From Coriobacteriales bacterium (GTDB lineage: Bacteria; Actinomycetota; Coriobacteriia; Coriobacteriales; QAMH01), in assembly GCA_051876105.1 (NCBI GenBank), contig JBJEHN010000106.1, forward strand, positions 1-55,930: a DNA stretch of 55,930 nucleotides. Direction: 5' to 3'. Both the position numbers and the translations under genes were made by a program. Each line of letters begins with the position of its first letter. The stretch's first letter is position 1. The notes under the pieces are model-generated. The model searched no databases. It was given only the letters and a program-made list of their open reading frames with translations, and had not been told where the DNA came from. Below are positions 45,289 to 55,079 of the stretch, piece after piece.

Positions 45289-46146
45289 TTACATGACGGG
45301 GGAGTAGGAGCCCGCCTTCATGAAGGTGAACCTGAGCGCGAAGGCGCCGATCACCTCACAGGCGCCCACGACGGCCCAGGCAAGGGCGGGCAGGCTGAAA
45401 CCGAGGGCCGGGACCAGACAGACGGCAAGCGGGACCACGATTCCCAGACCCACGGCGCCGAGCTTGAACGCGGCAGCGAGACTGCCCTTGGAGAGCAGCT
45501 GTGCGGACTCCATGCGCCCGCCGCGGGCCTTCTTGGCGCAGCGCAGGACAGAGAAGAGGGCCAGTGCGAGCACGAGCACCGCCACGCCGTTCCAAGAGCA
45601 CAGCGGCTCGAGCTGGACGTCGGGGAACAGCGCGGAGAGCGCCATGAGCGCACCGCTGCCGCTTGCGGCGGCGCTTGCCCCGAAGAGGACGGGAAGGCCG
45701 CTGTCGCCCCAGAGGGCCACGCCGCGCGAGTCGATCATGGTGAAGCTGTCGTAGACGGCCATGAAGACGGCGAGCAGGCACGAGGCGATTCCCAGCGCGC
45801 GGACGAGGACGGTGAGCTCAGGGCACAGGTAGAGGGCGGCGAAGTAGCAGGCGCCGATCACGCCGAACAGGAGCATGCCCCAGGCACCCTTGCTGATCCA
45901 GGAGTTGCCGAGCTTCTTGAATACCTTGAGGAAGCGGCCCGGCTTGCCGAGGTCGACCATCAAGAGCAGGCCCTTGACGACGAGCAGCGAGACGAAGGCG
46001 ATGAGTGCGCCCAGTGAGAAGCCGGTCATGATCGAGAAGACGAACATGCCCGCGGCCACGGTTCCAAAGGCCATCTCGGTGCACATGATCGCGCTGCTCC
46101 AGTCCCTTTGCTGGGAGTAGTCGATGGAAAGGTCGAAGGTTCTCAT
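45289..46146 (-). CDS. NrfD/PsrC-type membrane anchor
   Basis: 'DLGKPGRF...SWISKG', about 8 TM, 'LRF...AG'. Confidence 0.85.
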   Translation of the reverse strand: MRTFDLSIDYSQQRDWSSAIMCTEMAFGTVAAGMFVFSIMTGFSLGALIAFVSLLVVKGLLLMVDLGKPGRFLKVFKKLGNSWISKGAWGMLLFGVIGACYFAALYLCPELTVLVRALGIASCLLAVFMAVYDSFTMIDSRGVALWGDSGLPVLFGASAAASGSGALMALSALFPDVQLEPLCSWNGVAVLVLALALFSVLRCAKKARGGRMESAQLLSKGSLAAAFKLGAVGLGIVVPLAVCLVPALGFSLPALAWAVVGACEVIGAFALRFTFMKAGSYSPVM

Positions 46147-46158
46147 GTCTCTCCCTCC

Positions 46159-46746
46159 TTACGGCAAGTAGTAGACGTGCGGTGCGGTGCCGAGCTCGGA
46201 CCTGAGCGTGTAGCCGCGGCGGCGTTGGATCATGCCCATCAGGTCCTCCTCCCTGCCGAAGATGCGGGCGTCGGCCACGCAGGTCTGCACGCACGCGGGC
46301 TCGAGACCCTTCTCCAGGCGGGGCTTGCAGAACGTGCACTTGTCGACGGTGCCCACCGGGTGCTCGGCGTACTTCACCTTCTCGAACGGGCACAGCTGCT
46401 TGCCGAAGTACCCGTCGCCGTCCTCCATGAAGGTGCGGGCCTCGTAGGGGCAGGCCGTCACGCAGGCGCGGCAGCCCACGCACTCGCTGGGGTCGACGGT
46501 GACGATGCCGTCCTTGTCCTTGGACGTCGCGCCCGTGGGGCACACGTCCACGCACGGCGGGTTCTCGCAGTGCATGCAGAGCATCGGCAGGTTCACGCGC
46601 TTGACGTTGGGGTACTTGCCGATCTCCTTCTTCATGACCTTGGAGCGAAAGACGCCCGGGCGGGTGCCGTTCTCCTGCTTGCACATGGTTGCGCATGCGC
46701 CGCACCCGACACACCGCTTCATGTCGATGACCATGCAGTAAGTCAT
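46159..46746 (-). CDS. 4Fe-4S dicluster subunit (PsrB/PadC-like)
   Basis: CVGCGAC..MC, CMHCENPPCVDVCP, CVGCRACVTACPY, KCTFC; GGAGG RBS. Confidence 0.9.
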   Translation of the reverse strand: MTYCMVIDMKRCVGCGACATMCKQENGTRPGVFRSKVMKKEIGKYPNVKRVNLPMLCMHCENPPCVDVCPTGATSKDKDGIVTVDPSECVGCRACVTACPYEARTFMEDGDGYFGKQLCPFEKVKYAEHPVGTVDKCTFCKPRLEKGLEPACVQTCVADARIFGREEDLMGMIQRRRGYTLRSELGTAPHVYYLP

Positions 46747-46756
46747 AGCGCGCCTC

Positions 46757-49360
46757 CTAGCCCTTCTTCGTGATCTTGCAGCGGACGCACTGGTCGTACG
46801 CGGCAACGAGGTGGTCATAGTGGTCGTGGTCAACCGGACAGAGCTTCGCGAAGGCGACTCCCTTGCCCTGGGCTCGCCTGAAGAACTCGGAGCGGCTGTT
46901 GAAGCAGCCTGAGGAGCTGGCGATGACCTCGGGGTGCACGCCCTCCACGCAGACGATCCTGCCCTCCTCCTTGCTGCCGTGGGAGTTCTCGATGACGACC
47001 AGGTCGCCGTCCTTGAGCCCCTTGCGGCGGGCGGTCTCGGCGTTGATCTCGATGGTGTAGCCGTATGGGTCGGCCTCGTTGATCTCGTCGATCCAGGGGT
47101 TGTTCTGGAGGAACGAGTCGGTGTTGAGCGGGCTGGTGTAGTACACCGGTAGCAGGTCGTACTCGGGGTTCTTCACATAGAACTCGGTGCAGGGCTCCCA
47201 GCCCGGTAGAGGCTGGTAGTCCTCGATCTGCTGCCACTCGATGCCGGACTCCTTTACCGCGGCCTCGACCTGCGGCTTGTAGATGAGCGGGGCCTCGTAG
47301 TAGAACGGGATGCGCATGTCGGTGAAGGGGTAGAGGTAGACCTCCTCGGGCTTGCGCGGCCAGGTGTAGACGCCGTTCTTCTTGAACCAGTTCAGGCCGT
47401 GGCCGGTCCACTGCTTGTAGATGCGGTCGAGAATCTCTTCCCACCTGTACTCGCCCATGACGTCGAGCGCGTTGTCGCCCGTGAGGGGAATAATCGAGTT
47501 GAGCAGCCCGTAGAAGTTGGGCAGCTTGCCCACGCGCTTGGTCAGCTCGAGGATGATCTCCATGCTGCTGGGGCAGTTGTCCTTGGCGGGGACGACGGGC
47601 TGTCGAATGGTGACGGCCCACGGAGTCTCGAGGTCGCCGGGGGTGTGGTGGGTGTACTGCGCGTTGGGCGGCGGATCAAGGCGCTCGAGGTACTGGCACT
47701 CGGGCAGGATGAGGTCGGCGAAGTAGGTGGTATCGCTTAGGTAGATGTCGAGGCAGATGACGTATTTGAAGCTCTCCATGTAGCGGACCATGTCCTCCTC
47801 GGAGCCCCAGTTGCTCACCGGGTTGCCCGCGAAACAGAACAGCAGCTCCTGGTCCTTCTGACCGTACTCCTTGCCCCTTCCCTGGGTCATGTACGTGAAG
47901 TGGAGCTCAGCGGGGTTGAACGGCTGCAGGCCCAGCAGGCCCAGGTCCTGGCCGGTCTTGTCCCAGTGGGCCGCGGGCGTGGTCAGGGCGTCCTTGGACT
48001 TCTGGAAGTCGGAGGTGGTGCCGGTGTTGTAGTAGAGGCCGTTGTGGCCGAGCATGAGGTCCTCGTTGTCAACGGACGCAGGGTCCCAGGAGACGAAGCC
48101 GTGGTCGTTGCCGGTGCACTTGGCAGAGAAGCTGATCATGCCGCCGGGGACGTTGTAGGCGCCCACGAGCATGTTCAGGAACAGCACTGCCCATTCGGTG
48201 AGGAAGGCGTGCTTGTGGCGGGTGACGCCGGAGAACAGGTCTACGGAGACCGGGCGGTAGGGCATGGTCACGCCGTCGATGACGATGGTCTGGCCGATGC
48301 CCGCCGTCTCGCCGAACTCGCGGGAGAGCTGGCGGATGGTCTCGGCGGGGACGGTGGTGATGGTCTCGGCGTACTCGGGTGTGAACTGCCTCACCTTGTC
48401 AGCGTAGAGCTGGAAACCGGGGGAGCACTTCCTGCCGTTGACCTCGTAGACGCCCCAGAGCGCCTGGTCTTGGACGTCGTCTGCACGCAGGAGCTTCGCC
48501 GTGTTGTCGGTGGGGTCCCACACGAGAGGCTTGTTCGTCTCCTCGTCGCGCATGATAAGCCCCGTCTCGAGGTCGACGAGGTCGGCTGCGTTCGTGTACT
48601 TCTTAAGGTACTCGGCGTCGTAGATGCCCAGCTCGTGGACGAGGACGTAGCCCATAGACATGGCTAGGGCGCCGTCGGTACCCGGCCTGATGGGCACCCA
48701 TTGGTCGGAGGCCTGCGCGGAGGCGCCCATGTACGGGTCGACCGTCACCAGCTTGCAGCCCTTCTCCCTGGCCTCTGCCAGACGGTGCGCCGACATGTTG
48801 AAGCCGTGCCTGGTTGCGACGCCGGCGTTGGTGCCAAAGTTGATGACCATCTTGCACAGTCTGTAGTCGGGTGCGGCGTTGCCTGTGGTGCTGAACTGGT
48901 CGTACAGGCGGTGGATGCCTGCGCCGCAGATGTCAGAGCCCGTCCAGTTGACGCCCATGGCGCCCTTGCTCCACAGCATGAATATGTAGAACATGGAGTT
49001 GTTCGCGACCATGTTGTACGTCGTGATGTTCGTGGGGCCCTTTGCGTAGGCCTCCTGCCACTTCTTTGCGGCGATTTCGTACGCCTCGTCCCAGCTGATC
49101 TCCTTCCAGCCGGGGTCTTGATCGAATCCCTTCTTGGGGTTCGTTCTCACCAGCGGCTTGGTGACGCGGTCGGGGTCGTACAGCTGCATGATGCCGGTGG
49201 CACCCTTGCCGCACAACCTTCCACCGCCAGTCGGGCTGTCTGGATTGCCCTCGAGCTTCTCCACCACGCCGTCGACAACATGGGCACGGATTGAGCATCC
49301 GTTGAAGCACATGTTGCAGCTTGTGGGGATCCACTCGTCCTGCTTCCCCTTCTTGGCCAT
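46757..49360 (-). CDS. Molybdopterin oxidoreductase, PadB/Psr-like catalytic subunit without Tat signal
   Basis: WIPTSCNMCFNGC...LCGKG...YDPDRV.KPL.RTNPKKG..DPGWKEISWDEA; DICG putative ligand. Confidence 0.88.
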   Translation of the reverse strand: MAKKGKQDEWIPTSCNMCFNGCSIRAHVVDGVVEKLEGNPDSPTGGGRLCGKGATGIMQLYDPDRVTKPLVRTNPKKGFDQDPGWKEISWDEAYEIAAKKWQEAYAKGPTNITTYNMVANNSMFYIFMLWSKGAMGVNWTGSDICGAGIHRLYDQFSTTGNAAPDYRLCKMVINFGTNAGVATRHGFNMSAHRLAEAREKGCKLVTVDPYMGASAQASDQWVPIRPGTDGALAMSMGYVLVHELGIYDAEYLKKYTNAADLVDLETGLIMRDEETNKPLVWDPTDNTAKLLRADDVQDQALWGVYEVNGRKCSPGFQLYADKVRQFTPEYAETITTVPAETIRQLSREFGETAGIGQTIVIDGVTMPYRPVSVDLFSGVTRHKHAFLTEWAVLFLNMLVGAYNVPGGMISFSAKCTGNDHGFVSWDPASVDNEDLMLGHNGLYYNTGTTSDFQKSKDALTTPAAHWDKTGQDLGLLGLQPFNPAELHFTYMTQGRGKEYGQKDQELLFCFAGNPVSNWGSEEDMVRYMESFKYVICLDIYLSDTTYFADLILPECQYLERLDPPPNAQYTHHTPGDLETPWAVTIRQPVVPAKDNCPSSMEIILELTKRVGKLPNFYGLLNSIIPLTGDNALDVMGEYRWEEILDRIYKQWTGHGLNWFKKNGVYTWPRKPEEVYLYPFTDMRIPFYYEAPLIYKPQVEAAVKESGIEWQQIEDYQPLPGWEPCTEFYVKNPEYDLLPVYYTSPLNTDSFLQNNPWIDEINEADPYGYTIEINAETARRKGLKDGDLVVIENSHGSKEEGRIVCVEGVHPEVIASSSGCFNSRSEFFRRAQGKGVAFAKLCPVDHDHYDHLVAAYDQCVRCKITKKG

Positions 49361-49446
49361 GGCCCTCTCCTTTCACAGTTCCTCCCCCGCGTATGCCGGG
49401 GGTTGCTGCGAAGGTACTCGTGTTGATGGCCGGCGCGATACGCCCT

Positions 49447-49908
49447 CTAATCTGAAACAGTCCGCTTTTCCAACCGATTCGGGAAACCGTTCAGTTCTCC
49501 GAGGGGAAGCAACCCCAGCCAAGGCAAGGTGACGCTGAGGAGGTCCGCCGGCTCGCTGTTGCTCAGCTCGCAGATAGCGAAGCCGATGGCGACCTCGTCG
49601 GATTCACTGAGGCCCTCGGGCCTCTCGGGCGTCAGAACGCCCCTGATCTTCGCGGTTCCGATCTCGATGCCGCAGAGAGCCTCGTAGTACTCCCTGTCCT
49701 CATGCCTGATGTAGTGGAGAGGGCCTGTAGCTGGGTCGATGTGGTCCGACGCGGCGCGCTCGGCCTCACTCCCCATGCCGAGCTCGCTGACGGCCTTGTT
49801 GGCCGCCGTCATATAGCAGCCTCTGATGGAGGCAGGGCTGTAGCGGGGAAGCTCCAGCTCGGCGCTCAGCGACACGATGCGGTCTCTCAGCGCGCCGATG
49901 GAGAGCAC
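49447..49908 (-). pseudogene. Probable integrase-like C-terminal fragment near the right island end
   Basis: 'YSPASIRGCY...ASDH..PATGPLHY' resembles a degenerate recombinase catalytic end; no credible start. Confidence 0.35.
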
Positions 49909-50106
49909 CGAGACCGCCGACCTTTATGTACAAGAAGACAATCTCATACTAAGGATGCCATCACAAGGAGCAATTGGGCGGCGTTGGTCGATTAGCCGAG
50001 GCGTCGGCAAGCACCTGGCTCCCCTAAGCGCACGGCGCAGGACACGCGGCGGCGGTAGGGCTACACTGGGGTGGTATTGAGCGAATACGTTGTGAGGGAG
50101 GACACT

Positions 50107-50649
50107 ATGAGCCGCAAGATCCTCGTTGTCATCGGCAGCCCGCGCAAGGGCGGCAACACCACCATCCTGGCTGAGGCCTTTGCCCGCGGAGCGCGCGAGG
50201 CGGGCCACGAGGTCGAATTCGTGGACGCCGGCCGCGCGAAAATCGCCGGTTGCCTGGGGTGCGAGTACTGCTTCAAACACGAAGGGGTCTGCTGCCAGCA
50301 AGACGATATGCAGGAGTTCTACCCCAAGCTGCGCTGGTGTGACACGCTCGTCTACGCCACACCCATCTACTGCTTCACCTTCTCCGCGCAGATCAAGGCA
50401 TTCATCGACCGCATGTACTGCGGCATCGGCAAGCCCTTCGGCATCGCAGACACGGTGCTGCTGGCCGCCTTCGAGGACAAGGACCCAAGCGTGGCCAACT
50501 ACGTGGTCGACACCTACCGCGCGTTGACCAAGTACTGCCGCATGAACGACGCAGGCGTGGTCACCGTAGGCGGCGTGTACGAGAAGGGCGCCATCGAGGG
50601 CAACCCCGGGCTGCAAGAGGCCTACGAGCTGGGCAAGAGCCTGCAGTAA
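50107..50649 (+). CDS. Flavodoxin-family / NADPH-dependent FMN reductase (iron-sulfur flavoprotein-like)
   Basis: GSPRKGGNT, CLGCEYC...C..QDDM, ATPIY, KAFIDR. Confidence 0.9.
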   Translation: MSRKILVVIGSPRKGGNTTILAEAFARGAREAGHEVEFVDAGRAKIAGCLGCEYCFKHEGVCCQQDDMQEFYPKLRWCDTLVYATPIYCFTFSAQIKAFIDRMYCGIGKPFGIADTVLLAAFEDKDPSVANYVVDTYRALTKYCRMNDAGVVTVGGVYEKGAIEGNPGLQEAYELGKSLQ

Positions 50650-50790
50650 GCAGGAGCTGCCGCATTCCTCCCGGGTCGCAGCCTCAACAGCTGCGGCCCT
50701 TTGGCTATGTGCCAGCAACGCCCAATATGACCAATATGCAAGGTTTCGCAGGTTTTGAGGCGGGGTGCCTTTAGAATAGCCACCACGTGA

Positions 50791-53700
50791 ATGATTGAAA
50801 CCGCAAAGGATTCTGTGAGAGAGGTTGCCCGACGATGTCACCCCGCCCCACACCTCCCACCTCAGCCACCGACAACCCCCCCTGTCGCACTTGAGGAATT
50901 CTGCGACATGGAGCAGCTCTACCTCCTCCTCGACAACTGGGCCAAGTGCAGCGGCCTGTCTGCGGTGATTGTGGACGCCCAGGGCTGCGCAACCTCGAGC
51001 GACTTTGGCCTCACGGACTTCTGCGCGCTGGTCAAGGGGCACGAAGGCGGCCTCAAGACCTGCACCAACACCTGGAAGTCAAGCCACGAGGGCATCTACA
51101 TCTGCCCCATCGGCCTGCGCGACTTCTCCATCCCCATCACCCTGCCCGACGGCACGCTGCTCGGCCGCGTTATGGCGGGGCAGGCGCTGCTCGCCGGCCA
51201 GGACGAGGAGGAGATCTTGCGCAACGTGGTCGCCCTCGGCATAGACGAGGAAGAGGCGCGCGAAAAGCTCGCCGGTATGCACCGCAAGACGCAGCGCGAG
51301 ATGGACGGTGCCTACAGCCTCCTCAAGGAGATGCTCGGCTTCTTCATCGAGAAGAGCTACGACGCTTGGAAAGCGGCCAGCGCACTGCGCGAGGCCCCTG
51401 CCCGCCAGGACCGCACGCTCTCGCAGATCACGCAGATCATGTACAGCTACAATCTCACGATCGACGTCGAGACCGGCGCCTACTCGCTCATCACCGGCAC
51501 GGGCATGCGTCGCACCGTTGACGAGTACAAGCGCCATTCTCGCCACGACGAGCTGCGGGCCTTCCAGGACACGGCGATCGACCCGGCCTACCTGGGGCGC
51601 TTTCACCGGCTGACCTGCTTCGACCCGGAGCACTGCGCGCAGCTTGAAGACGGCTACCGCGGCTCGATGGAGTACCCCGTCCGCTACCCGGACTCAAACG
51701 AGACCGAATGGCACGAGGTCAACGTCTTCATCGGCACGGAGGAAGACGGCCGGCGCGTGGCAAACGTGCTGGGCCGCGACGTCACCCAGGCCCACCTGGC
51801 CCAGGAGCAGCGCGAGAACGAGGCTCGTGCCGCCGCAGCCAAAGACCAGATCCTCTCCGAGCTCACCAAGACGCTCTACTCCTACAACGCCACCGTCAAC
51901 CTCAACACGGGCAAGATGTCGCTCATCGTAGGCACGGGCATGGACGAGTTCGTGGAGCAGATCCGCCTCACAGACGACTACGAGAAAGGCTGCGAGGTGC
52001 TGCTGAGCCGCGCGCTGCCGGAGTTCCCGAAGGAGATGAACCGCCGGTTCTCGCTGGAGGCGCTGCGCAAGCAGAGCAACAAGCGCGGGCACATAGGCCA
52101 GATGGAGTACGCCGCGCAGACCAGCGAGGGCGTGGGCTGGTTCGAGGTCAACGCCTTCATGGGCGTAGACGAGGAGGGCAACCCCACCGCCAACATCCTC
52201 GGCCGCGACGTGACGGAGGCCCACAACGCCTTGGAGCGCCGCGAGAACGAGCTGCGAGCCGCCGCGGCAAAGGATGCCATCCTCTCGAGCATCACCAAGA
52301 CGCTCTACTCCTACAACCTCACGCTGCACCTGGTGAGCGGCAGGTACTCGCTCATCGTGGGCACGGGCATGGACGAGTTCGTGGAGATCTTCGAGTCCAC
52401 CAACGACTACGAGACCGCCTACCAGCGCAAGAAGGAGTACGTCACGCAGGAGACGCTGGAGGACTTCGAGGCGTTCAGCTCGCTGGAGGCGCTGCGCCAG
52501 ATGGCCGAGCACGGTGACGACGGCTACCAGGGCAAGCTGGAGTACTCGGTCGAGACTGAGCGCGGCATCGAGTGGCACGAGGTCAACGTCTTCTTAGGCT
52601 CGGACGAAAACGGCGAGCCCGTGGCCAACATCCTGGGCCGCGACGTGACGGAGGCGCACAACGAGGCAGACACCAGGGCCCAGCTGGAGATCGCCAAGGC
52701 CTCGAGCGCGGCAAAGACCGCCTTCCTCTTCAACATGAGCCACGACATCCGCACGCCGATGAACGCGATCATCGGCTTCACGGAGCTGCTGAACAAGCAC
52801 CTCGACGAACCGGAGCTGGCTCGCGCCTACATCGCCAAGATCCAGGCCTCCAACGAGTTCCTGTTGAGCCTGATCAACAACGTGCTCGAGATGGCGCGCA
52901 TCGAAAGCGGCAAGGAGACCCTGGACGAGGTCTACTGGGACGCCTACGAGTTCAACGACTCGCTGTTCGCGCTCTTCGACTCGCAGATGCGCGAGAAGGG
53001 CATCGAGTTCACGCGCAGCACGCAGGTCGAGCACCCCAAGATCATCTGTGACGAGACAAAGCTGCGCGAGATATTCCTCAACATCCTCTCCAACGCGCTC
53101 AAGTACACGCCCTCGGGCGGCAGAGTCACCATGACGCTGACCGAGCTGCCCTCTGCGCTGCCGGGCTACGCCATGTACCAGACCGTGATCGAGGACACGG
53201 GCATCGGCATGAGCGAGGACTTCCTGCCGCATATCTTCGAGGAGTTCACGCGCGAGCGCTCCAGCACGGAGAGCCGCGTGACGGGCACGGGGCTGGGCAT
53301 GCCCATCGTGCAGAAGCTGGTCGACCTCATGAAGGGCACCGTGGAGGTGGAGAGCCAGGTGGGCAAGGGCACGAGGTTCACCGTGACGCTGCCGCACCGC
53401 ATCGCCGCCGCCGAGGACCCGGCGCGCGAAGAGCGCCAGGTGGTGGCATGCCAGGCGCTCGACTTCACAGGGCGGCGCATCCTGCTGGCCGAGGACAACG
53501 ACCTCAACGCCGAGATCGCCAGCGCCATCCTGGAGGAGTCTGGCTTTGAGGTGGAGCGCGCGGAAGACGGCGTGATCTGCGTCGACATGCTGAGCAAGGC
53601 GGCGGCCGGCAGCTACGACCTCATCCTCATGGACATTCAGATGCCGAACATGAACGGCTACCGCGCCGCGCAGACCATCCGCAAGCTGCCAGATGAGGCC

Positions 53701-53853
53701 AAGGCGTCCATCCCCATCATCGCCATGACGGCCAATGCTTTCGAGGAGGACAGGCGCAACGCCTTTGCCGCGGGCATGAACGACCACGTGGCCAAGCCCT
53801 TCCGCGTCGACGAGCTGCTAGGAGCACTGGCCCGCGCCCTCCCCTCATCCTAA
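50791..53853 (+). CDS. Cytoplasmic hybrid histidine kinase/response regulator with PocR domain and three PAS-like repeats
   Basis: PocR 'TDFC...YICPIGLRDFSIPI', H-box FNMSHDIRTPMNAI, NALKYT, DTGIG, GTGLG, receiver LMDIQMP; start uncertain. Confidence 0.9.
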   Translation: MIETAKDSVREVARRCHPAPHLPPQPPTTPPVALEEFCDMEQLYLLLDNWAKCSGLSAVIVDAQGCATSSDFGLTDFCALVKGHEGGLKTCTNTWKSSHEGIYICPIGLRDFSIPITLPDGTLLGRVMAGQALLAGQDEEEILRNVVALGIDEEEAREKLAGMHRKTQREMDGAYSLLKEMLGFFIEKSYDAWKAASALREAPARQDRTLSQITQIMYSYNLTIDVETGAYSLITGTGMRRTVDEYKRHSRHDELRAFQDTAIDPAYLGRFHRLTCFDPEHCAQLEDGYRGSMEYPVRYPDSNETEWHEVNVFIGTEEDGRRVANVLGRDVTQAHLAQEQRENEARAAAAKDQILSELTKTLYSYNATVNLNTGKMSLIVGTGMDEFVEQIRLTDDYEKGCEVLLSRALPEFPKEMNRRFSLEALRKQSNKRGHIGQMEYAAQTSEGVGWFEVNAFMGVDEEGNPTANILGRDVTEAHNALERRENELRAAAAKDAILSSITKTLYSYNLTLHLVSGRYSLIVGTGMDEFVEIFESTNDYETAYQRKKEYVTQETLEDFEAFSSLEALRQMAEHGDDGYQGKLEYSVETERGIEWHEVNVFLGSDENGEPVANILGRDVTEAHNEADTRAQLEIAKASSAAKTAFLFNMSHDIRTPMNAIIGFTELLNKHLDEPELARAYIAKIQASNEFLLSLINNVLEMARIESGKETLDEVYWDAYEFNDSLFALFDSQMREKGIEFTRSTQVEHPKIICDETKLREIFLNILSNALKYTPSGGRVTMTLTELPSALPGYAMYQTVIEDTGIGMSEDFLPHIFEEFTRERSSTESRVTGTGLGMPIVQKLVDLMKGTVEVESQVGKGTRFTVTLPHRIAAAEDPAREERQVVACQALDFTGRRILLAEDNDLNAEIASAILEESGFEVERAEDGVICVDMLSKAAAGSYDLILMDIQMPNMNGYRAAQTIRKLPDEAKASIPIIAMTANAFEEDRRNAFAAGMNDHVAKPFRVDELLGALARALPSS

Positions 53854-54213
53854 GCGCGCAACGGCACCAGAAAGCAAGCGCTCGATGGCGGCGGCATCTT
53901 TGAGGGCAGCAGTGATCGACTCGCAGAGGTGGTCGCAGGCTCGCAGGAGCTCGTCGCTGGGGCAGCCGCAGCCGTCGAGAACCGCTTGGGGATCGGCTTG
54001 CACGCCGTTGTCTCTACGAAGCGACTAACGGCGCTCAATTGTTCCTTGAGATGACATCATCAATATGAGATTGTCTTCTTGAAGATGAGTGACAGGAAGG
54101 AGTACCCTGCAGCCTGAGCTTTCACGGTTTTCGGCTTGTTGAAAGCGCCTTCGCTAGTGCCGAAAAATGACGGTTGGCGGGTTGAAAGGCCCTTGAAAGC
54201 CGAAATACTGCGT

Positions 54214-54258
54214 TTGGCGGCCTGGAGGGAGGCAGTCTGCCTCCCTCCAGGCCGCCAA
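54214..54258. repeat. 45-bp palindrome (22-bp perfect arms, 1-nt centre)
   Basis: TTGGCGGCCTGGAGGGAGGCAG-T-CTGCCTCCCTCCAGGCCGCCAA. Confidence 0.85.
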
Positions 54259-54449
54259 TCAAGGAGAAGTACGGGATGTACGCCAAGCAAAACAAGGTGC
54301 CCCACCCCAACTACAACTGGAGCTTCGACGCAGACTAACGCCGGCGCAGCCCGCGGCGCTCAACCCAGCAAACCAGCACGTCAACGCACGGTTCCAGTAA
54401 TCCTAGCATCTTACTAGGTTTTTGCGAGGCTGAGCAGGGGGCGAGAAGC

Positions 54450-55079
54450 TCACCCCATAGGGCGGCTGAGGACGGCAGAGGCGAGCGCAAGGAGCTGAGG
54501 ATAGAGGGGGTGTTGGGCGTAGCGCTGAACGCGCTCTTGAAGCTGCGGCAGCCAGCTGAGGATGTAGTCGTCGCAAAACGCGCGGTAGGCCTGCGCGAAC
54601 TCTGCACGCCCGCCCTCCTCGCAGCTCTCTGACAGCAGCGCAGCGAAGAAGAGCAGGTAGCGCAGGTGGTCCGGGCAGTCGTGCTCGCCCGCGCCCAGCT
54701 CCAGGCCGAACATGCGGTAGAGCCCGGCCAGCTCCACGGCCGTGGGCCCCTGAACCTGCTGCTCGCCGTCCAAGTAATAGGAAGCATACGGCGGCGCGTA
54801 CATCTTGAAGCTCCCGATGAACAGCCGCGTGTACTCCAGCTGGGCTGCCTCCGCGCCCTGGGGCTGCGGCGTTGCCGGGGCGCAGAGCCCCTCCGCCACA
54901 GCCAGCAGCGCCTCGATCTCAACCCGCCACTGGGCACACGCCGCATCCCCCGCGCACGCGCGCAGGGGCGCCAGCGCCGCCTGCAGCCCCTGCACGGGGT
55001 ACGTGAGCGCAGCAGACAGCGCCTTGAGCAGCACAGACGGCGCAAGCTCGCACCCAGCCACAAGCACTCCCCCTACCAT
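54450..55079 (-). CDS. TorD/DmsD-family Mo-enzyme chaperone
   Basis: EYTRLFIG, APPYASYY, PDHL, W.P; start at 55079 or 55061. Confidence 0.85.
   Translation of the reverse strand: MVGGVLVAGCELAPSVLLKALSAALTYPVQGLQAALAPLRACAGDAACAQWRVEIEALLAVAEGLCAPATPQPQGAEAAQLEYTRLFIGSFKMYAPPYASYYLDGEQQVQGPTAVELAGLYRMFGLELGAGEHDCPDHLRYLLFFAALLSESCEEGGRAEFAQAYRAFCDDYILSWLPQLQERVQRYAQHPLYPQLLALASAVLSRPMG

Larger units (their letters stand above)
36929..50278. mobile_element. Genomic island integrated in a flavodoxin gene, bounded by 172-bp direct repeats
   Basis: Direct repeats at both ends, recombinase remnants near both ends, catabolic cargo inside. Confidence 0.75.

Noticed and set aside
46520-46545. CPTGAT in the Fe-S subunit as a flavinylation site
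   Set aside because: Standard ferredoxin CPTGA motif rather than an exposed flavinylation loop
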